DNA of 64,000 bases from Dipteris shenzhenensis (lineage: Eukaryota): NCBI GenBank assembly GCA_047967505.1, contig CM106538.1. One strand, given 5' to 3'. Below the pieces are notes generated by a model. The model had not been told where the DNA came from, ran no database searches, and saw only the letters and a list, made by a program, of their open reading frames with translations. The position numbers and the translations under genes are program-made. Positions 12,791-27,439 of the stretch are shown in pieces. Position 1 is the first letter of the stretch. Each line of letters starts with the position of its first letter.

Positions 12791-13798
12791 TGAGCTTCCT
12801 CACCGAGCTGCAAGATCTTGAATGATGGGATGGATGTGATCGAGGAGCCGCAGAAAAAGAGCTAAGCTCGATGGAGAATGAGCACGATCTTCAGGGATAG
12901 GAAGCTCAGCCTCTAGAGATTAACCTTAAAACTTCCCTTTCTTTTTGGCAAGGCCTATGTTGACTCATCAACGCCTCTCTTGCCTCACCCTTACCCACGG
13001 CCATGTGCACACCGGCCCGAACATGCACAACCTTGGTGCGTTTTTGTGTGCTTGCCTCTGGCGGAGATTTCCAATAGAGCTCTGTGTGTCAGCCTCGGAG
13101 TTTTTGTACATGCCCATTGTTTAGTGGTGGTGGCTGGTGTAGAGCAGCTTGTCACTTAGGGAGGAACATTGAAAGCATTGGCGTGTGTAGAGTCAGAGGC
13201 AAATGGCAAGTTGGGATCAGGCGGACCGGAAATGGTTCGAGTGCTCAAATGTGTACCCTCCAAGATCGAGGTGCGAATTCAAGCACCAAAGGCGCACTAG
13301 AGTTGTGTTAGCTCAAAACTATCCAAATGTTTGAACCAAATGATGCGCAACCAGTGGCACTTTTTGGGGTTGTGTGCACACGCCCTAACACCCCTTGGGT
13401 TACCCTTCCTAGTAAATGGCAAGATGTCGAGGTCGTTTACCATAAACTTTCCGACCAGATAGTCTGACTTCGGTTCATTCCCCCATGTGAAGTGCTTAAG
13501 GAACGTGGGTAATATTATAGATGGAAGATTGAACCTCTTAAACTTAAAATAGATTTTCAGTTGGTACCTATGAGTCATCATTATTCACTTTTGGTGAAAA
13601 AATGAGTAACGATGACTTACCAAAGTAATCATTGTTCACTTTTAAAAATGGGAGCTATAAATGGGAGTTGTGAGGGAGGGACCATTTTCTCCTTCTGAAA
13701 ATGGCTTCATGGGACTTTACATTATGATAAAAGCTTCCACCATATCTGCTCGAGAGGATTTCACCCCAACTATGGCAACTTTATGTTATTTTAGCAGG

Positions 13799-14411
13799 CT
13801 AAAAGACCAATTCTATTGCATTAACATTAACCTTAATAACACAATTCCATACTTATCGTGTTGTGTGCCAAGTGGTCTTTTGTGAAGTTTATTCTTTACA
13901 CATGAGTATGCAATGGCTTCTTCTTTTTAGGTATTTCAAACAAGAACCCATGTTATATGGTTTTAAATCAACCTCAACCCCTTATTGAAATGAGGGAGCA
14001 ATTGAAACATGAAGGAAAGAGGCATAGACATTATACAAAATGTATACATCTTTATGCAAAACAAGGACATGACAAGGACTTTTCACACTAGTTTAGATCT
14101 CCTAACTAAAAACCAATTCTATTGCATTAACATTAACCTTAACAACACAATTCCATACCTATCGTGATGTGTGCCAATGGGTCTTTTGTGATGTCCTTTC
14201 TTTACACGTGAATATGCAATAGTTTCTTCTTTCTATTCAAACAAGAACCCATGTTGTAAGGTTTTAAATCAACCTCAACCCCTTATTGAAATGAGGGAGC
14301 AATTGAAACATGGAAGGAAAGAGGCATACACATTATACAAAATGTATACATCTTTATTGCAAAACAAGGACATGACAACAAGGACTTTTCACACTAGTTT
14401 AGATCTCCTAA
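13799..14411. repeat. Tandem duplication of about 306 bp
   Basis: 13799-14105 and 14106-14411 both read ACCAATTCTATTGC...CACTAGTTTAGATCTCCTAA. Confidence 0.9.
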
Positions 14412-14539
14412 GGATCCCCTATTCTCCCAACCCATAACCCATGTATACAAACATTACAAACATGTGTACATGGATGGACCATTCCAATGACTCATCCCTT
14501 AAGTCTCCCTTGTTCCCATATAGTTGGATGGTCTTTGCT

Positions 14540-16250
14540 TAAAAAAGAGAAAGATAAGATTTGAACTGTTAATAGGTAGGACTTCAGCGAACACATGTCG
14601 TACATGAGCCTCATAGAAAAAGTGGGCTAGCTGGAGGGACCCTTTTTTCGATTGATGTTCAATGAAATGGTAGTGGACATCGATGTGCTTCTATTTCATG
14701 CTTCCTAGCCACTGCAATGGCACTCTAATTGTCTTAAAAATATTCAATGTGGGATCGTTTTAAACTACTCCAAGATCCTCTAACAATCATCTCAGCCAAA
14801 GAGCCTCACATGCACACACTGGGTAAGAGAGAGATCGACACCATTGGGACACCATTCTACCATAGATAAAGCCATAGTTTCTTACTTTCTGCTCAACCAC
14901 AATACACAATGTGAATTAAGCATCAAGGCATATCTAAATATGAACTACCTACTACTTCGGGCCACGCCCCTTATCTACATCACACATCCCAACCAATTGT
15001 GGGTCTATGTCTTGGTTTTCTTGGAAGTATGACAACGTATGGTTTGTTATCCCACTATGAGATCTAAAAATCTACTTCCCATGGTAGATATACATTCATT
15101 ATAAATTGCCTCGCAAGGGTTACTACTATGCAGGCAATTTCTAGCCTTGTCAAAGTCACAAGGTAGATCAGCTTACTAACTACTTATTGATACAATGTAG
15201 GATCTAAGAATGGAGCATTTTCCATTTTTTGTGTGTTATTTGTGGTCTTGACGCGAGTACTCACAAGTATGCCATCTAGCATTCTGAATTGCTCTAACAC
15301 AAAGTCAATGTATAATCCTGGGGCGCCAACTCCCTTTAGTAAGAAAACCTATCAAAATCTTGAGTATGAGATGAATTTAACAATATGCCATGAGTAGAAA
15401 TTGTTGTGCTCTTGATGCAAGTACTCACAAGTATGGCATCTAGCATTCTAAATTGCTCCAACACAAAGTCAATGTATATTTTGTTAACTCAAAAATATGT
15501 CATCCTCACTCCACTTAACCTTCCATGCCCAACATAATCAATAACCAGAGATCATGCATTTCAAATTATTACTAGCTAGAGTTAGAATTGCTCCCAATCC
15601 CTAACCCTAGTTAATAACTTACATCTTGATCGATGCTAACATACTCTATCTCCATGTATTTAAGATAAATCATAAATCATGCTTCATCATGCAAAATAAC
15701 TTGATTTCATGAACCCTTATTGAACCAAGCAATACAAGTGGTGAACACGAAGTACATCATCATGACAACTTCACCCATGGTAGTTACTTAACTAGTGGCC
15801 AATGGGGACATAGTTCATTCATAGCGAGTTGCCTTGCTATGTGTACCTCTTAGCAATGTAGCTACCTATCTTGGAAACTTACTAATAGAGACCTTGATAC
15901 ATAACTTGATAGACATTCATGTTACACACTTGTCACAAGTACATGGGGACTAGATCTAGGTCTTCCTACCATGTGTGTCACATAGCAGCTTAGTTGCCTA
16001 TTTGAGGGATTTCCCTTCTCAAAAGAATAACACAAATGCATGTGCGATATTTTAGCAATATGGAATCAAATAATAAGGACCATGACTTCTCAACAACATA
16101 AGTGAGCATACTTATGTGTGGCATCATATTCACATGTTCAATCATGCTAATAACATAGACCATGTGTTGCATCTCATAGCCCATGCATGTGTAGAACATC
16201 ACAATGAAACTATGCTTTGTTGTTTCTTCTGACCACATAACATGAAGTAC
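14540..16250 (-). mobile_element. Highly decayed Copia RT/RNase H remnant
   Basis: Minus-strand KHIDVHYHFIE at about 14660-14700 plus weaker RT-like traces; 70-bp internal duplication at 15247 and 15410. Confidence 0.6.
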
Positions 16251-16988
16251 ATCTTGATTCGTTCCATATCAAAAGTTCATAAAGAAGTAAGTCACAATTT
16301 AATTAAGTTGCAACAATGAAAACAACCCCATAATATAGAAAATATAACAATTGGAGATGACTCAAGATATCAGTCCCAAATCAAGGGCTACCCACCTCGA
16401 GGGGACTTTGTTCAGTTGCCAACAATAGATTGACTTAAATCCCTCGATCTCAATCAAGGTGTTGTGGAAGAGGATCATCGTATTTCTTATTCGTCCCCTC
16501 AAGGACCTTAAGATCTCATCATGATCATGAGTATGGCTATCCTTCTCTCAGATACATGGTGGTTGCATTCACAAGGGAAGCCAAATAAGAGAAATTCCAA
16601 GAACTAATATCACAATAACATTAGCTTGATCTCAATTCATAATGGAAGTCTCAATAGGGTAGTAGCATTCTAGTTGCATGAGGATTTCTTGTACTAGCTC
16701 TAAATGCAACCTTTGCACATAGAGAAAACCGCAAGGAAGGAAGATGAACAAGATTGTAGGTCTACCCTCTACCGTCTGGGTGCATTAGCATTGGTTAGAG
16801 TGCTTAAAATGGGATGGCCCTTATTTTATAGAGCATTCTTGGTTGGGATCTAGCTTGTCACTCTCTTAGTTGATCCACAAATTGGCCTCAATAGAATAAA
16901 CTTGGTTATTATATAATCAAAATAGATGAATCTAAATTACCATGTAACCAAGCTAGATGAATTTGTTGACTTTTCTTGAGTGTTTTGG

Positions 16989-19319
16989 TGTAAACCCTCA
17001 TAGGAGGGGTCTCTTGGTCTATGGTGCTTGAAGCTTTGCCACATGTCGGGTAGCCATGAAACTACAACTTTAAGGCTCTTCTAGGTGATATCTCTCTAGC
17101 AAATACCTCTTCCCTTGCACAGTTTGGGGTGGCTCCATGAGAGTCAAAGGAGAATCTACCTCCTAGTGATAGCATGTAGCCCCCTCTTGGCAGCAAGGAG
17201 GGCTCACTAGTTGATGACCTTCCCCAACGGTTACCTTCATCTATGAGAGGCTTCCATTCATGGTCTATAAGATTTTCTAGTCGAGTTTTAGTGTCTTGTT
17301 TATGTGTCTTCGGATATTTTCTAAGTCTTGTAAAGTTGCAAGAGCCTCATATGGAAGAGCAATTGTCCTATTAGTTTTGTAGTCTTTGATTTAGTAATAC
17401 AAGTCTTTCTTTGAGTTGGCATTCCTTGGGTCTCTATACTCTATGTGATATTTTATGTGACTATTCATTCCAAGCTGTTAGAAGAGTTAGTTGTCTTGAT
17501 CTCTTATTTTTCAACAGTTGTATTAGAGCATCTTCCTTCCTATGGGCTCGTGGCGTGTTTTCAGTGAGGAACCATAAGAAAGAGAATGGATATTTGGCCA
17601 AAGTCAGACAAGTTTGGTCTAGGGGACTCAAAAGTCATTGAGATTGATGGCAAATTTTTTTCCTCGTGGCCACTCTTTGTTAGATCTCTACTCATGCAAA
17701 TAGGGCTTTGGGGAGCGGCATCAGGGTCTGAGAAGAAACCAACCAATACTCATGTTAGTGAAAAATCCAAGCTTAGGGGTGTATTATTTCCCCCACATAA
17801 ACGTGTCTAAAACCTCAGCTCGAATTGGTTTATATTGGAGGCAACTCAAAGGTGAAGTTTTCAAAGGTCGTGCTCAAGTGAGAATTTTTTGGGCTTCACA
17901 TGGATGACAATGAGTCACTAGGTACTCACCTCAATAGGATGCAATCACTCATGAAGATGTTGCAGACACTTGGAGTGATGATAGAAGATGCAAAGATATT
18001 TTGCTCATGAGGCTTCCTCCATGGTTTCTATACTGGTCACTATTCTCAAGGTAAATTCAAATTCCTTAGACTTTCAGGATATTGTTTCCACACTTATGAG
18101 TGAGGACTATAGAATTGAGTCATTTTGGCATCGAGGGGATATAGCATATGCAATTAAAGATAAAAACAAGGTTAAGAATTATAGTAGTAAGACAAGTTGG
18201 TTTGTGAGTATTCTGCAAGACGAAGGCCACATTGACAAATTTTGCTATGGATGGGCCTATGATGTGAAGAGCAAAGAATTGAGTACAAAGGCTACATTAT
18301 GAAGACACTCAAGGTGAAAACTTTGCTGACTTTGTATAGTCAAAATAATTTTCAACAAAGTCAATCACATAGATAATTGTATCCTTGAGGAAATTGCCAA
18401 GGAACATCCTAAATTTCTTGTCTTGCTAGTGAGCTATGAAACTATGAAGTAGATATATTGGGATGGATTGTACTATGTGGTTGATAAGCTCCTACGGTCA
18501 AGTGGTCTTGTATAACAATAGCTATCTCTTCTTGTCTTATCCTTTGATATAAACTATTTCAAATCTCCTCCATTTTACTTAGGACAAGCTCTCAGCCATA
18601 GATCTTAGGTGCTCTATCTGCTCATCCAACAAATTATCAACCTTGAAGATGATTGTGCCTTTTTCATTTTTTAATTGTGTTTGTAATTTCATTTTGGTAA
18701 TTCTCTCCCTTTGTGGCAGATCATTTAACCTAGTGTTTAGCTTTTTATCTTGTGTAGATAACAGCATTGTCATCTATACGATTACCTTTTCCTTGTGCTA
18801 ATATTGGCTCTCCCTTAGTTCTTTGGTGTAAACCCTCATAAGGGGTTCTCTTGGTCCATGGTGCTAGAAGCCTTGCCACATGTTAGGTGGCCATGCAAAT
18901 GTAACATCAAGGCTCGTTTATAAACTTTCTCTCCAATAGATATCTCTTCTCCTCCCCACATGGTAGGGAGTGGCTCTATGAGAGTTAGAGGAGGATCTAC
19001 TTCTTGGTGATAGCATGCAACCTAGTTGGGAGACAATCTTCAAGTAGTTACCTTTATTGAAGCTACAACTCATGGTCACTAAGCTTTCTCAGTCAAGTTT
19101 TAGTGTCTTGTCACGTGTCTTTGGATATTTTATAATTCTTGTAAAGCTACAAAAAGCCTCATATGGATGAAAAGATGTCTTGTCAATTTTGGAGTCTTTA
19201 ATTTAGTAATACAAATGTTTCCTTGAGTCAGCATCTCGTGGGTCTCTATACTATACATGATAATTTGTGTGATTGTTCATTGAGAAGAGTTAGTTGTCTT
19301 GATCTCTAATTTTCCAACA
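16989..19319 (+). mobile_element. Older gag-only LTR element (about 2.3 kb), different family
   Basis: Diverged LTRs of about 500 bp (16989-17516, 18827-19319), TGTAAAC..CAACA; degenerate PBS TTGTATTAGAGC (17518-17529); decayed gag EFFGLHMDDNESLGTHLNRMQSLM and a knuckle CKTKGHIDKFC. The 1.3-kb interior has no room for pol. Confidence 0.75.
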
Positions 19320-19689
19320 TAATTATCATGAAATCAAACTAGGTGAATTTGCTTACTATGTACTTCTACTTGGTAAATTTAGTTCCATTATAACCAAACT
19401 AGAGAAACTTAGTTTCCAAGATCTAGCTCTCCTCAACAAAGCGTCCTATTCTTACTTCATGGTCTAAGGCTTTTGTACAATTATAGCTTTCCCTTCGTAA
19501 TCCATTATGCAAATAATCAAATTATAGTTCCCACTTCTCATAATTCTATTCATTGGCAAGCTAGGCTTTTTGACGTCTCCAAAAGCCTTGGCTCCTAATT
19601 AGTGCAGCGTTAACAAATGCTTCTCTTCTATCCCTCAACTAAGGTGTGTCTCAATAGCTTTTATGAGTTTTGTTGACTAGGTCCGTACA

Positions 19690-20260
19690 CATCTTGACCC
19701 ATCAATAGACGATCGGATATTTAGCTTCAATCTTTGTATGCCCAGCATTCTAATTTGAAAGAATGACCATTGGGTGAGTGAGAGAATATCTTTAAAAGGA
19801 TCATGTTGCTAGATTCTAAGGTCATTCACGATTCATACTCGTAACTGTTATAGTTGACAATCTGTCACCTCAAAGTCATACACTTGCTTTGTTGGATCAG
19901 TTGTATTTGAATCTAAAATAGAATGCATAGAGTATTGTTCATTTGTGCAAATTTAGTACTTTTTTGTACTATTTCCTCTACTTAACTTTTTTGTGAGTCG
20001 TGGTCCTCATCTACTTCATAATGCATTTTCAAGTTTTAAAATGATTTGATGCACCGACAATGGCATAACTTTGTTTGCGTGGTAAAAGCCCAAATAACAC
20101 TTTGGTGACCACAAGATAGAAAAAAGGACTTGAATGGATGTCTGTGTGTGATGAGCGCTATCACTGTTGGCTTGAGTAATGTGCCGCTCCACTCCAATCA
20201 GCTGACAATACAAGCGGTAGTGTTTCATCAAAAAATTATTCCACAAAATGATTCACTTAC
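19690..20260 (-). mobile_element. Gypsy integrase remnant
   Basis: Frameshifted minus-strand SAHHTQT..SPF-like motif; about 130 bp similar to 25360-25610, which carries an HPQTDGQ-like trace. Confidence 0.45.
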
Positions 20261-21829
20261 ACCATTTCCTCATTTTTCTATGCTTATGTCTATAGAAATC
20301 CCAATTCTACCATCATATCCTCCATTGGTACAATTCCATTGTGTTGGCCCTCATGTTAGGGCAACATGAAAACTTACCACCATAGGTGCGAGAGGTTGGT
20401 GATTAGGCAACTTCTTTGTTAACTTCTAAATGGCAAGCATCGGCAACGAGAAGCAGTGATCATGCATCTGAAGTAGGGGCAACCATAAACTAAGGGCAAT
20501 AGACCAATAGTGAGTAACAGTTCCCCAAATCGAGTGCATTAGTTTTAGAAGCCAGTTCTACAATAGTGTAGAAGAAGCATTGTAACAGGGAGAAGAGGGA
20601 AGAGTAAGGTTGTGGGGTTCACACTCTCTTTCACCTGGCTTGCTAGGATAGCATTATGCTACTGAGTGAACAGTTGAGCTCAGCCTCCGAGTTATTCCAT
20701 TGGCATCTATTTGACACGATCGAGCACTCACGAACATAGTTTCTCAAGGATTGCAAGAGTGAGCATCTTTGTTTGAGCATTGCATAGTTGGGCTCATGGT
20801 ACACGAGCAACGCACATCGAGCACTTGTGAGTTAGCGGCTGGAGGGTGAGCAAACCAGAGCGTCAACATTTGGCAATCCTGCTAGGGAAGGGTCAATTGA
20901 ATTTGTGAGTTGATGTGTTGTTATTTTGGGGAATTGAGTTGATTGAGTATAGCAAGCCTAGGATAAAGTGGACAGTCATTGAGAGAGGTTCATGCTGACC
21001 AGCAACAATTTGAAGCAATTTCTTGGTGTCGTGAGCTAATACAAGAAGTATCTTAGAGTAACCACAGACGATTGGCATAGTCTGGTGTTGTGTTTGAATA
21101 CTAGAGTGTGGACTACAAAAGGTACTCACACCACTAATTGGTTAATTCATGACTTAGCCAATGTCTGATACATGCTTGGAAAGAAGACAAAGACATGGCT
21201 AGGTGTGAAGAATTAATGAGTCAAAGAAATCAGCTACCTCCAACCATGAGAAGTGGTGCAGTCTCAAAGCCACAACTGGGTTCTTGAAGGAGGTGTAGGC
21301 AGAAGCATCAATTGTCCAACATGAGCATAGGTACGAGGAGAGAGACTCGGCCTTACTACCCCAAGGGGTCACTCGTCTATAGAGAGTTTGGACCTAGAAC
21401 AGCTAGCCATTTCATACATTGATCCATAGCATGAACATGAGGATTATGACAATGAACGAAAAGAAAGAATTCTTTGTTACTTGGCTATTCCCTTGGAAAA
21501 ACACCTTCGAGAGAGGCATGATCGAAGAAGACATGCAACACATGGTCAAAGAAACCACATAAATGACAAAAAGTGTGCTTCTGATGGAGGTAGACACCAT
21601 CGAGCACCTAAAGGGATGAATATAGAGCAACTAAGACAATTTTCCTGAGCACCTCTTTCTATGGACATAAGGCATATACAGTCAAGTGTATCCCTCACTT
21701 GGCCATCAACAAACATAAGGTGTATGATAGATGGAGGTCTAGAGACCCTATTAATCTGAGTGGATGTCATGCATACCCGATATCTACAGTTGACCAAGTG
21801 GAAGACTTGGGAGAGGGACTAGGGACATC

Positions 21830-24800
21830 CAGGGCTCTTTCAAAGGTCAAGGTAAATTTTCATAATATCAAGGATACTAATGATGAATACTCATGTAGGC
21901 ATCTTCAAAGTTTTCTACGGGTATGTCATATAAACGGTGCCAAAAATAGATGAAGAAATAATGGAATATTTTCCATTTACTTTGATAAAAAATGCACAGA
22001 GATGGTTAAACCAATTCCCAATGGGGTATTCCATGATTGATATGCTATGTCTAAAGTGTTCTTGCATAGATTCAGACAGGGGATTAATGGAGAAGATGTT
22101 CGCACCAAGTTGAGTGAATTGAAACAGAATAAGAGGGAGTCTGTCCAAGATTTTGTGCTATGGATGCGAGCCTTGATACATTAGTTGACAACCGTGCCAG
22201 ATGATACGTCCATGAGAGCGTGGTTAATTATGGGATGCACTCAAGTGGACTTGCAAAAGCCAAAAATAGTCAATCTAACTAAGACATATGAGGAGTTACT
22301 TGACCGAGTTGTCGCTCTAGAGAAAAGTGAAGGCCTTAAGGGCGAGACAAAGAAGAAGGATGCAGATAGTGACACTAAAGAAATGCTAGCAAAGAAAGAT
22401 AAGCTCAAGTCCAAGCTATGGAAAAGGATCAGAATGAGAAATGGTGCAACAAGTGTTCCAGGAATGGACATTTACAAGAAGATTGCAAAACCAAGTATTG
22501 CAACACTTGCACTAAGTTTGGACATGATGATTCGGATTGTTGATTCAAGAGTGATTCAATGGTAAAAATCACTAAGTACCTATGAACCAGGTGACAACTG
22601 ATTCTCAGCCTGCTAGTGGCAAACCACCACGTCCTGAGCACAGACCCTTCAAAGATTCGATGTTTTTACTGTGGAGAGAATCATATTCATTCTAATTATC
22701 CAATTTTGGCTGACCATCTGAAGTTTCTTAAAATGAATGTGGAAAGAAAGGAAGTGGATCAAGAATGCTAATCAGTTCTTATCGAGCTACCAAGCATAGT
22801 GGAAGACCAAGTGGCCCAGTAGGTCAAAGGGTCTAGCCAACGCAACCTCTGCAGATAGTGGTGCATCTGACAAAGATGTTAATTGGAAGGCACAAAAGGA
22901 GATAGCTTCTAAAATTGCCAAAGAGTTAAAGGGCAAGGCACTAGCAGAGTTGAGATGCCTTTCGAGCATTTTAACCCACTTACCACTAAACTAGGTGAGT
23001 CTTCAAAATATAAAGAACAAAGTATGAAATAGGAGCCAAGTACTCCATTATGTTCTAGTGCAGAGCTAGCCCAAGCACGAGAAATTTAAGGGTATGAAAG
23101 TCACTCAAAAATCATCCTTACATTTGTTGAATTGATACGGATAGCTCGTATTGTTGAGAATTCTTCACTCAACAAATCAAGGAATCTGAAGAGCAACCAA
23201 AGAAGATCGATTCTTTGGCTACTATGCCTGCCATTGACACTCCTATTGTGGATGAAGAAGTGCTGGTTATTCCTATTAACGTAAGGTAGCAGACTATAGT
23301 AGGTGTGATCATAGATGGTGGTCCAAGAGTTAATATTATTTTTGAACATATTGTGAAACATCTTAAGTTTAAAGCATTCAAGCCATCTCCATTTAGAGTA
23401 CAAATGGCAGATCAATGATCAGTTGATCCTAAAGGTATTCTACATGATGTTATCTCTATAAGAGGCATTTACTACACTGTGAGTTTTATTATGATTGCCA
23501 TGGAGCAAATGCCTATCCTATTCTATTAGGATGACCTTCGCACTGATAAAGATGCGTACATTCCCACGAATCCTCAAACAGTACTGAGTAGTTATCGGCC
23601 TAAGGATTTGGAAGTTGAAGATGCATTTCCCCAAGATGTGGGATCACACTTAATGGAATTGCAGATTCTTCATGTCGGTGAAATTGATATTTTCCACGTG
23701 GCTGCAAAGATAAAGCAGAAGTTGAAGACCAAGCAAATTGCAAAACAGAAGGATTTATTTTTTAGAAACTTCACTAAAGATATTGAAGGCAGAAAGAGAA
23801 TTGGATGAGACACCAGTCATCATTACACACCTTGGAACTGAGCAGTCAATTCTTGAACCAACTCAAGAATTTAATCTTGGCATAGAAGAGAAGCCTATAA
23901 TAGTAGTGGTAAGTGCCAATCTTTCTACCGAGCAACTACAAGTAATCAAGGAGCTTTTTACCAGGTACAAGGATGTATTTTCTTAGAATTACACTGATCT
24001 TCATGGATTTCCTTGAGTTGTGCCAACATAGATTCCCATTGGTACCAGATGCCAAACCTATTCGGCAACAAAGGTATAGAATGAATCCTAATTATGCCAA
24101 ACAAATGAAAGCTAAATTAGATCAACTTCTTTGGGAAAGATTCATCTATGTTGTTTCCCATTGTGGTAGTGCCAAAGAAAAACGGTAAACTCCAAGTATG
24201 CGTGGATTACCAAAAATTGAATGCTTAGATTGTTCCTGATCCATTTCCAATACGCTTTACAGATGGAATTCTAGATCCAATTACAATAGGAAATGAAATG
24301 TATTCAGATATGGATGGTTATAGTGGCTACAATCAAATTATTATAGCTCTAAAGGATCAATCTCAGATTGCATTTATTACAAAATGGGGTACTTATGCAA
24401 CCCAGGTGATGCCTTTTGGTTTGAGAAATGCACCATCCACATTTCAGAAGTTCATGTGGGAAACTTTTAGAGACCATCTAAGTGAATTTATAGCCATTTA
24501 TTTGGATGATTTTTGTGTCTATTCTATAGATAAAGATCATCTTTGCTTTCTAGAGAAAGTGTTTCAGAGATGCAGGCAAGTAGGAATTTCCTTCAATTGA
24601 GCCAAGAGTGTTTTCTATGTCCAAGTTGGTATTTTTCTCGGGCATGAGATTTCACAGGATGGTATCAAAACCGAACCAGGTAAAATTCATGCTATTCAAA
24701 AAACGAATGAGACTCAATTACATTTATTTATGGGCTTCATAAATTTTTATAGGTGCTTTATCAAAGATTTTTCCAAGATTGTAGCTCCATTATATGAATT

Positions 24801-24905
24801 AACTAGAAAGGATGCCAAGTCTGAATGGACTACTCAGTTGTTTGTCTATTGTATTTCAAGACTTCAAAAACCAAGCTATAGCTACACCTATTTTAAGACA
24901 ACCTA
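21830..24905 (+). mobile_element. Degenerate Ty3/Gypsy gag-PR-RT-RH fragment
   Basis: Knuckles CNKCSRNGHLQEDC, CNTCTKFGHDDSDC and CFYCGENH; protease IIDGG; RT motifs VCVDYQKLN, DGYSGYNQI, MPFGLRNAP, YLDD. Many stops and frameshifts. Confidence 0.85.
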
Positions 24906-25974
24906 GAGGCAACCTTAATAGCTCAACCTCTGTGGTAACAAAACCTCTCTCACTTTGGGGATAGAATCCAAACCCTTTTCCCAAACTTCTACCTTGGATC
25001 CCTCCATCTCTTCCAATGGCTCCTTTCCATGCTCTTGTTTTGCACCAGCCAATGATGGCTCCCAGGATAAGTAGGGTTTGATGATGAGGCTTAGGAGCTA
25101 GTTGATTTTAGCTAAACAAGTTTTGTTTTCTGACCGCCATACATAGGTAGTTTGGGGCAATAGCTTCCCAACCTCCAGAACTTCCTAGAGTCAAAACACT
25201 TGGCCAAGAGATAAGATCACTTAGGAATCATATTCAAACTTTCAAACCATCCAACCCATCATCCTCTACCAAATCTTTAGAAGCACCTTTCAAAATCAAT
25301 TGAGGTTCTCAAATGATTGCTTATTCTACCATGAGTGATAGAGTTGATTAGGTCCATATGTATCTCAACCCGTTGACAGACCATCGGATATTTGAGAGTG
25401 CACGAGAAGGCATCTTTGGAAGAACTAGACCCTGTTGACTCCATGTGGGATATTAAATTGGATTACCATTGTAAACCCATCTAGAAGTCTTTAAAGTAAG
25501 GTCATTTAGGCTTTAATCTTTGTACACCTGACATTGTAATTTGAAAGAATGACTGTTGATCGAGTGAGTGAGGATATATTTTAAGGAAGCATGTTGCTCA
25601 ATTGTAAGGGTTTTTCACAATTTAGAAGGCTATGAAGAGCTCCAAAAAGGGATAGATTGATGTTTGGTTGAGGACAAGGATATAAATGCATAGTTGTGAA
25701 TATCCATAGAATGAGGAATATTTGATGACTTGCCACTTAGAATTAGTAAAAGCAGTCACAAAATGCAAGAGCATTCCCCAGGCAGAACACTTAATCATAT
25801 GATGGTTCTCATGATCAACATGACCAGGAAGCCTTTATGTCCAAACTAATACTAAAATGGATCTCATGATCAACATGACCAAGAAACCTCTATGTCTAAA
25901 CCAATGCTAAAATGGGCCAAAAATATTAGTGGATGACAACAAGCAACCTACATATGTTGTGTATTACAAGTCAA

Positions 25975-26560
25975 GGAGCTTGTTACATTCCAAGAGATAC
26001 TATAGTCCAAGGAATGGGCACACGCCATGAAGGAAGTGTGTAATGGGATTTTTGAAGAATAATGCTTTGTAAGTTGGTGGAACCATGGAAGGGAAAGAAT
26101 TTCATTGGTAAAAAATGGGTCTACAAAGCCAAGGATTAGGTCCATGAAAGTCAAGACATTTAGATTGATTGCAAAAAGATAGGATAGATTTTGAAAAACC
26201 CTTTCCATGGGTTGTTAGCATGAAGGCCATCTGAATGATAATCTCTCTTGCTTGCAATATGGGACTTCACTTGTATCAAATGAATGTTAAGTTTGTCTTC
26301 TTATTGCAAGAAGAGAATAACATGAGGCAACCATGAGGTTTAATGCCAAAGATATCTAACTCTTTGGTATGTTGGAGAAAGCTTTATATGGTCTCAAGAA
26401 AGCCCTATGAGCTTGCCACATCAACATTGACACATATTCATAAGATTGACACAAGAATATTGGTAGAACAAGATTAACACATATTCATACAACAATGGTT
26501 TATGAAGATAAGCTAGATCATGGAATGTACATAAAGAGGAATGGGGTAGCAACAATAATC
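25975..26560 (+). mobile_element. Decayed Copia RT remnant
   Basis: EWAHAMKE, IGKKWVYK, LYQMNVK, LEKALYGLKKA in mixed frames. Confidence 0.7.
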
Positions 26561-27439
26561 TAATCAAGGGATTCAAGGTCAATCTCTACAAATACTTTGT
26601 GTTACATTTAAACAAACCCAAACCCCCATAAGGATTAATGTTATGTGCATGGTTATTATAACCATATGTCAACCATAATAAGGGCTAAAGGTACCCACTT
26701 ACTTGGAATTCATTGTTAAATCTTGACCATGGGTCAAGACTAATGCAATTCAAGTATTAGCAAGCAATCCATTAATCACCAACAATCTGTTGAGTTGTTG
26801 GTATGGCAAGGTTTTATAGACTATATGCAAAATAGATGTTGTAGCATGCCATGAGACATCCATATGTGATGGACATAAGATTATGTCCATGAAGTGCCAT
26901 GATGGACACTTGAAGACACACATAGCCTATGAGAAGGCTAGAGCCATAATGTAGTAGCTAAAGGATATATTGACCACAATGCAGTTAGGCACATTGGCCA
27001 TACCTTGAAGGATGAGCCCACAAAATCTTCTATGCTCTATTTAGATAAAGAGAATGAGAAGAGCAATATTTAAGATAACTTAGGCCATTACAAAGGCATA
27101 CTCCATGAGACTACATGCAATGGCTATAAGAAAAGGATGGTTCGTAATAGGACATGGGATGGCCATATCCTAAATAAGGCCATGTGATGGGCTTAACCCA
27201 AGTGAGGGAAAGGATGTGAATTGTAGAGATATAAGCTTGTTAATAGGGTTGTTACACCGATAATGGGTTATGTGTATGTATGAGCAACAAAGTGTTTTGG
27301 AACTCAAAAAGTGTTATGAAGCAGATGAGGATCGCAACACAGAATTTCACAAAAAAGACAATTGAAGAAATAGTTGAAAAAGTACTCAATTCATACAAAC
27401 AAACAGTATTTTGTGCATCCAACCTCAGCTTTGGAGACA

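Noticed and set aside
13799-14411. The 306-bp repeats as an LTR pair (TRIM)
   Set aside because: The copies are directly adjacent with no internal PBS or PPT and no TG..CA ends.
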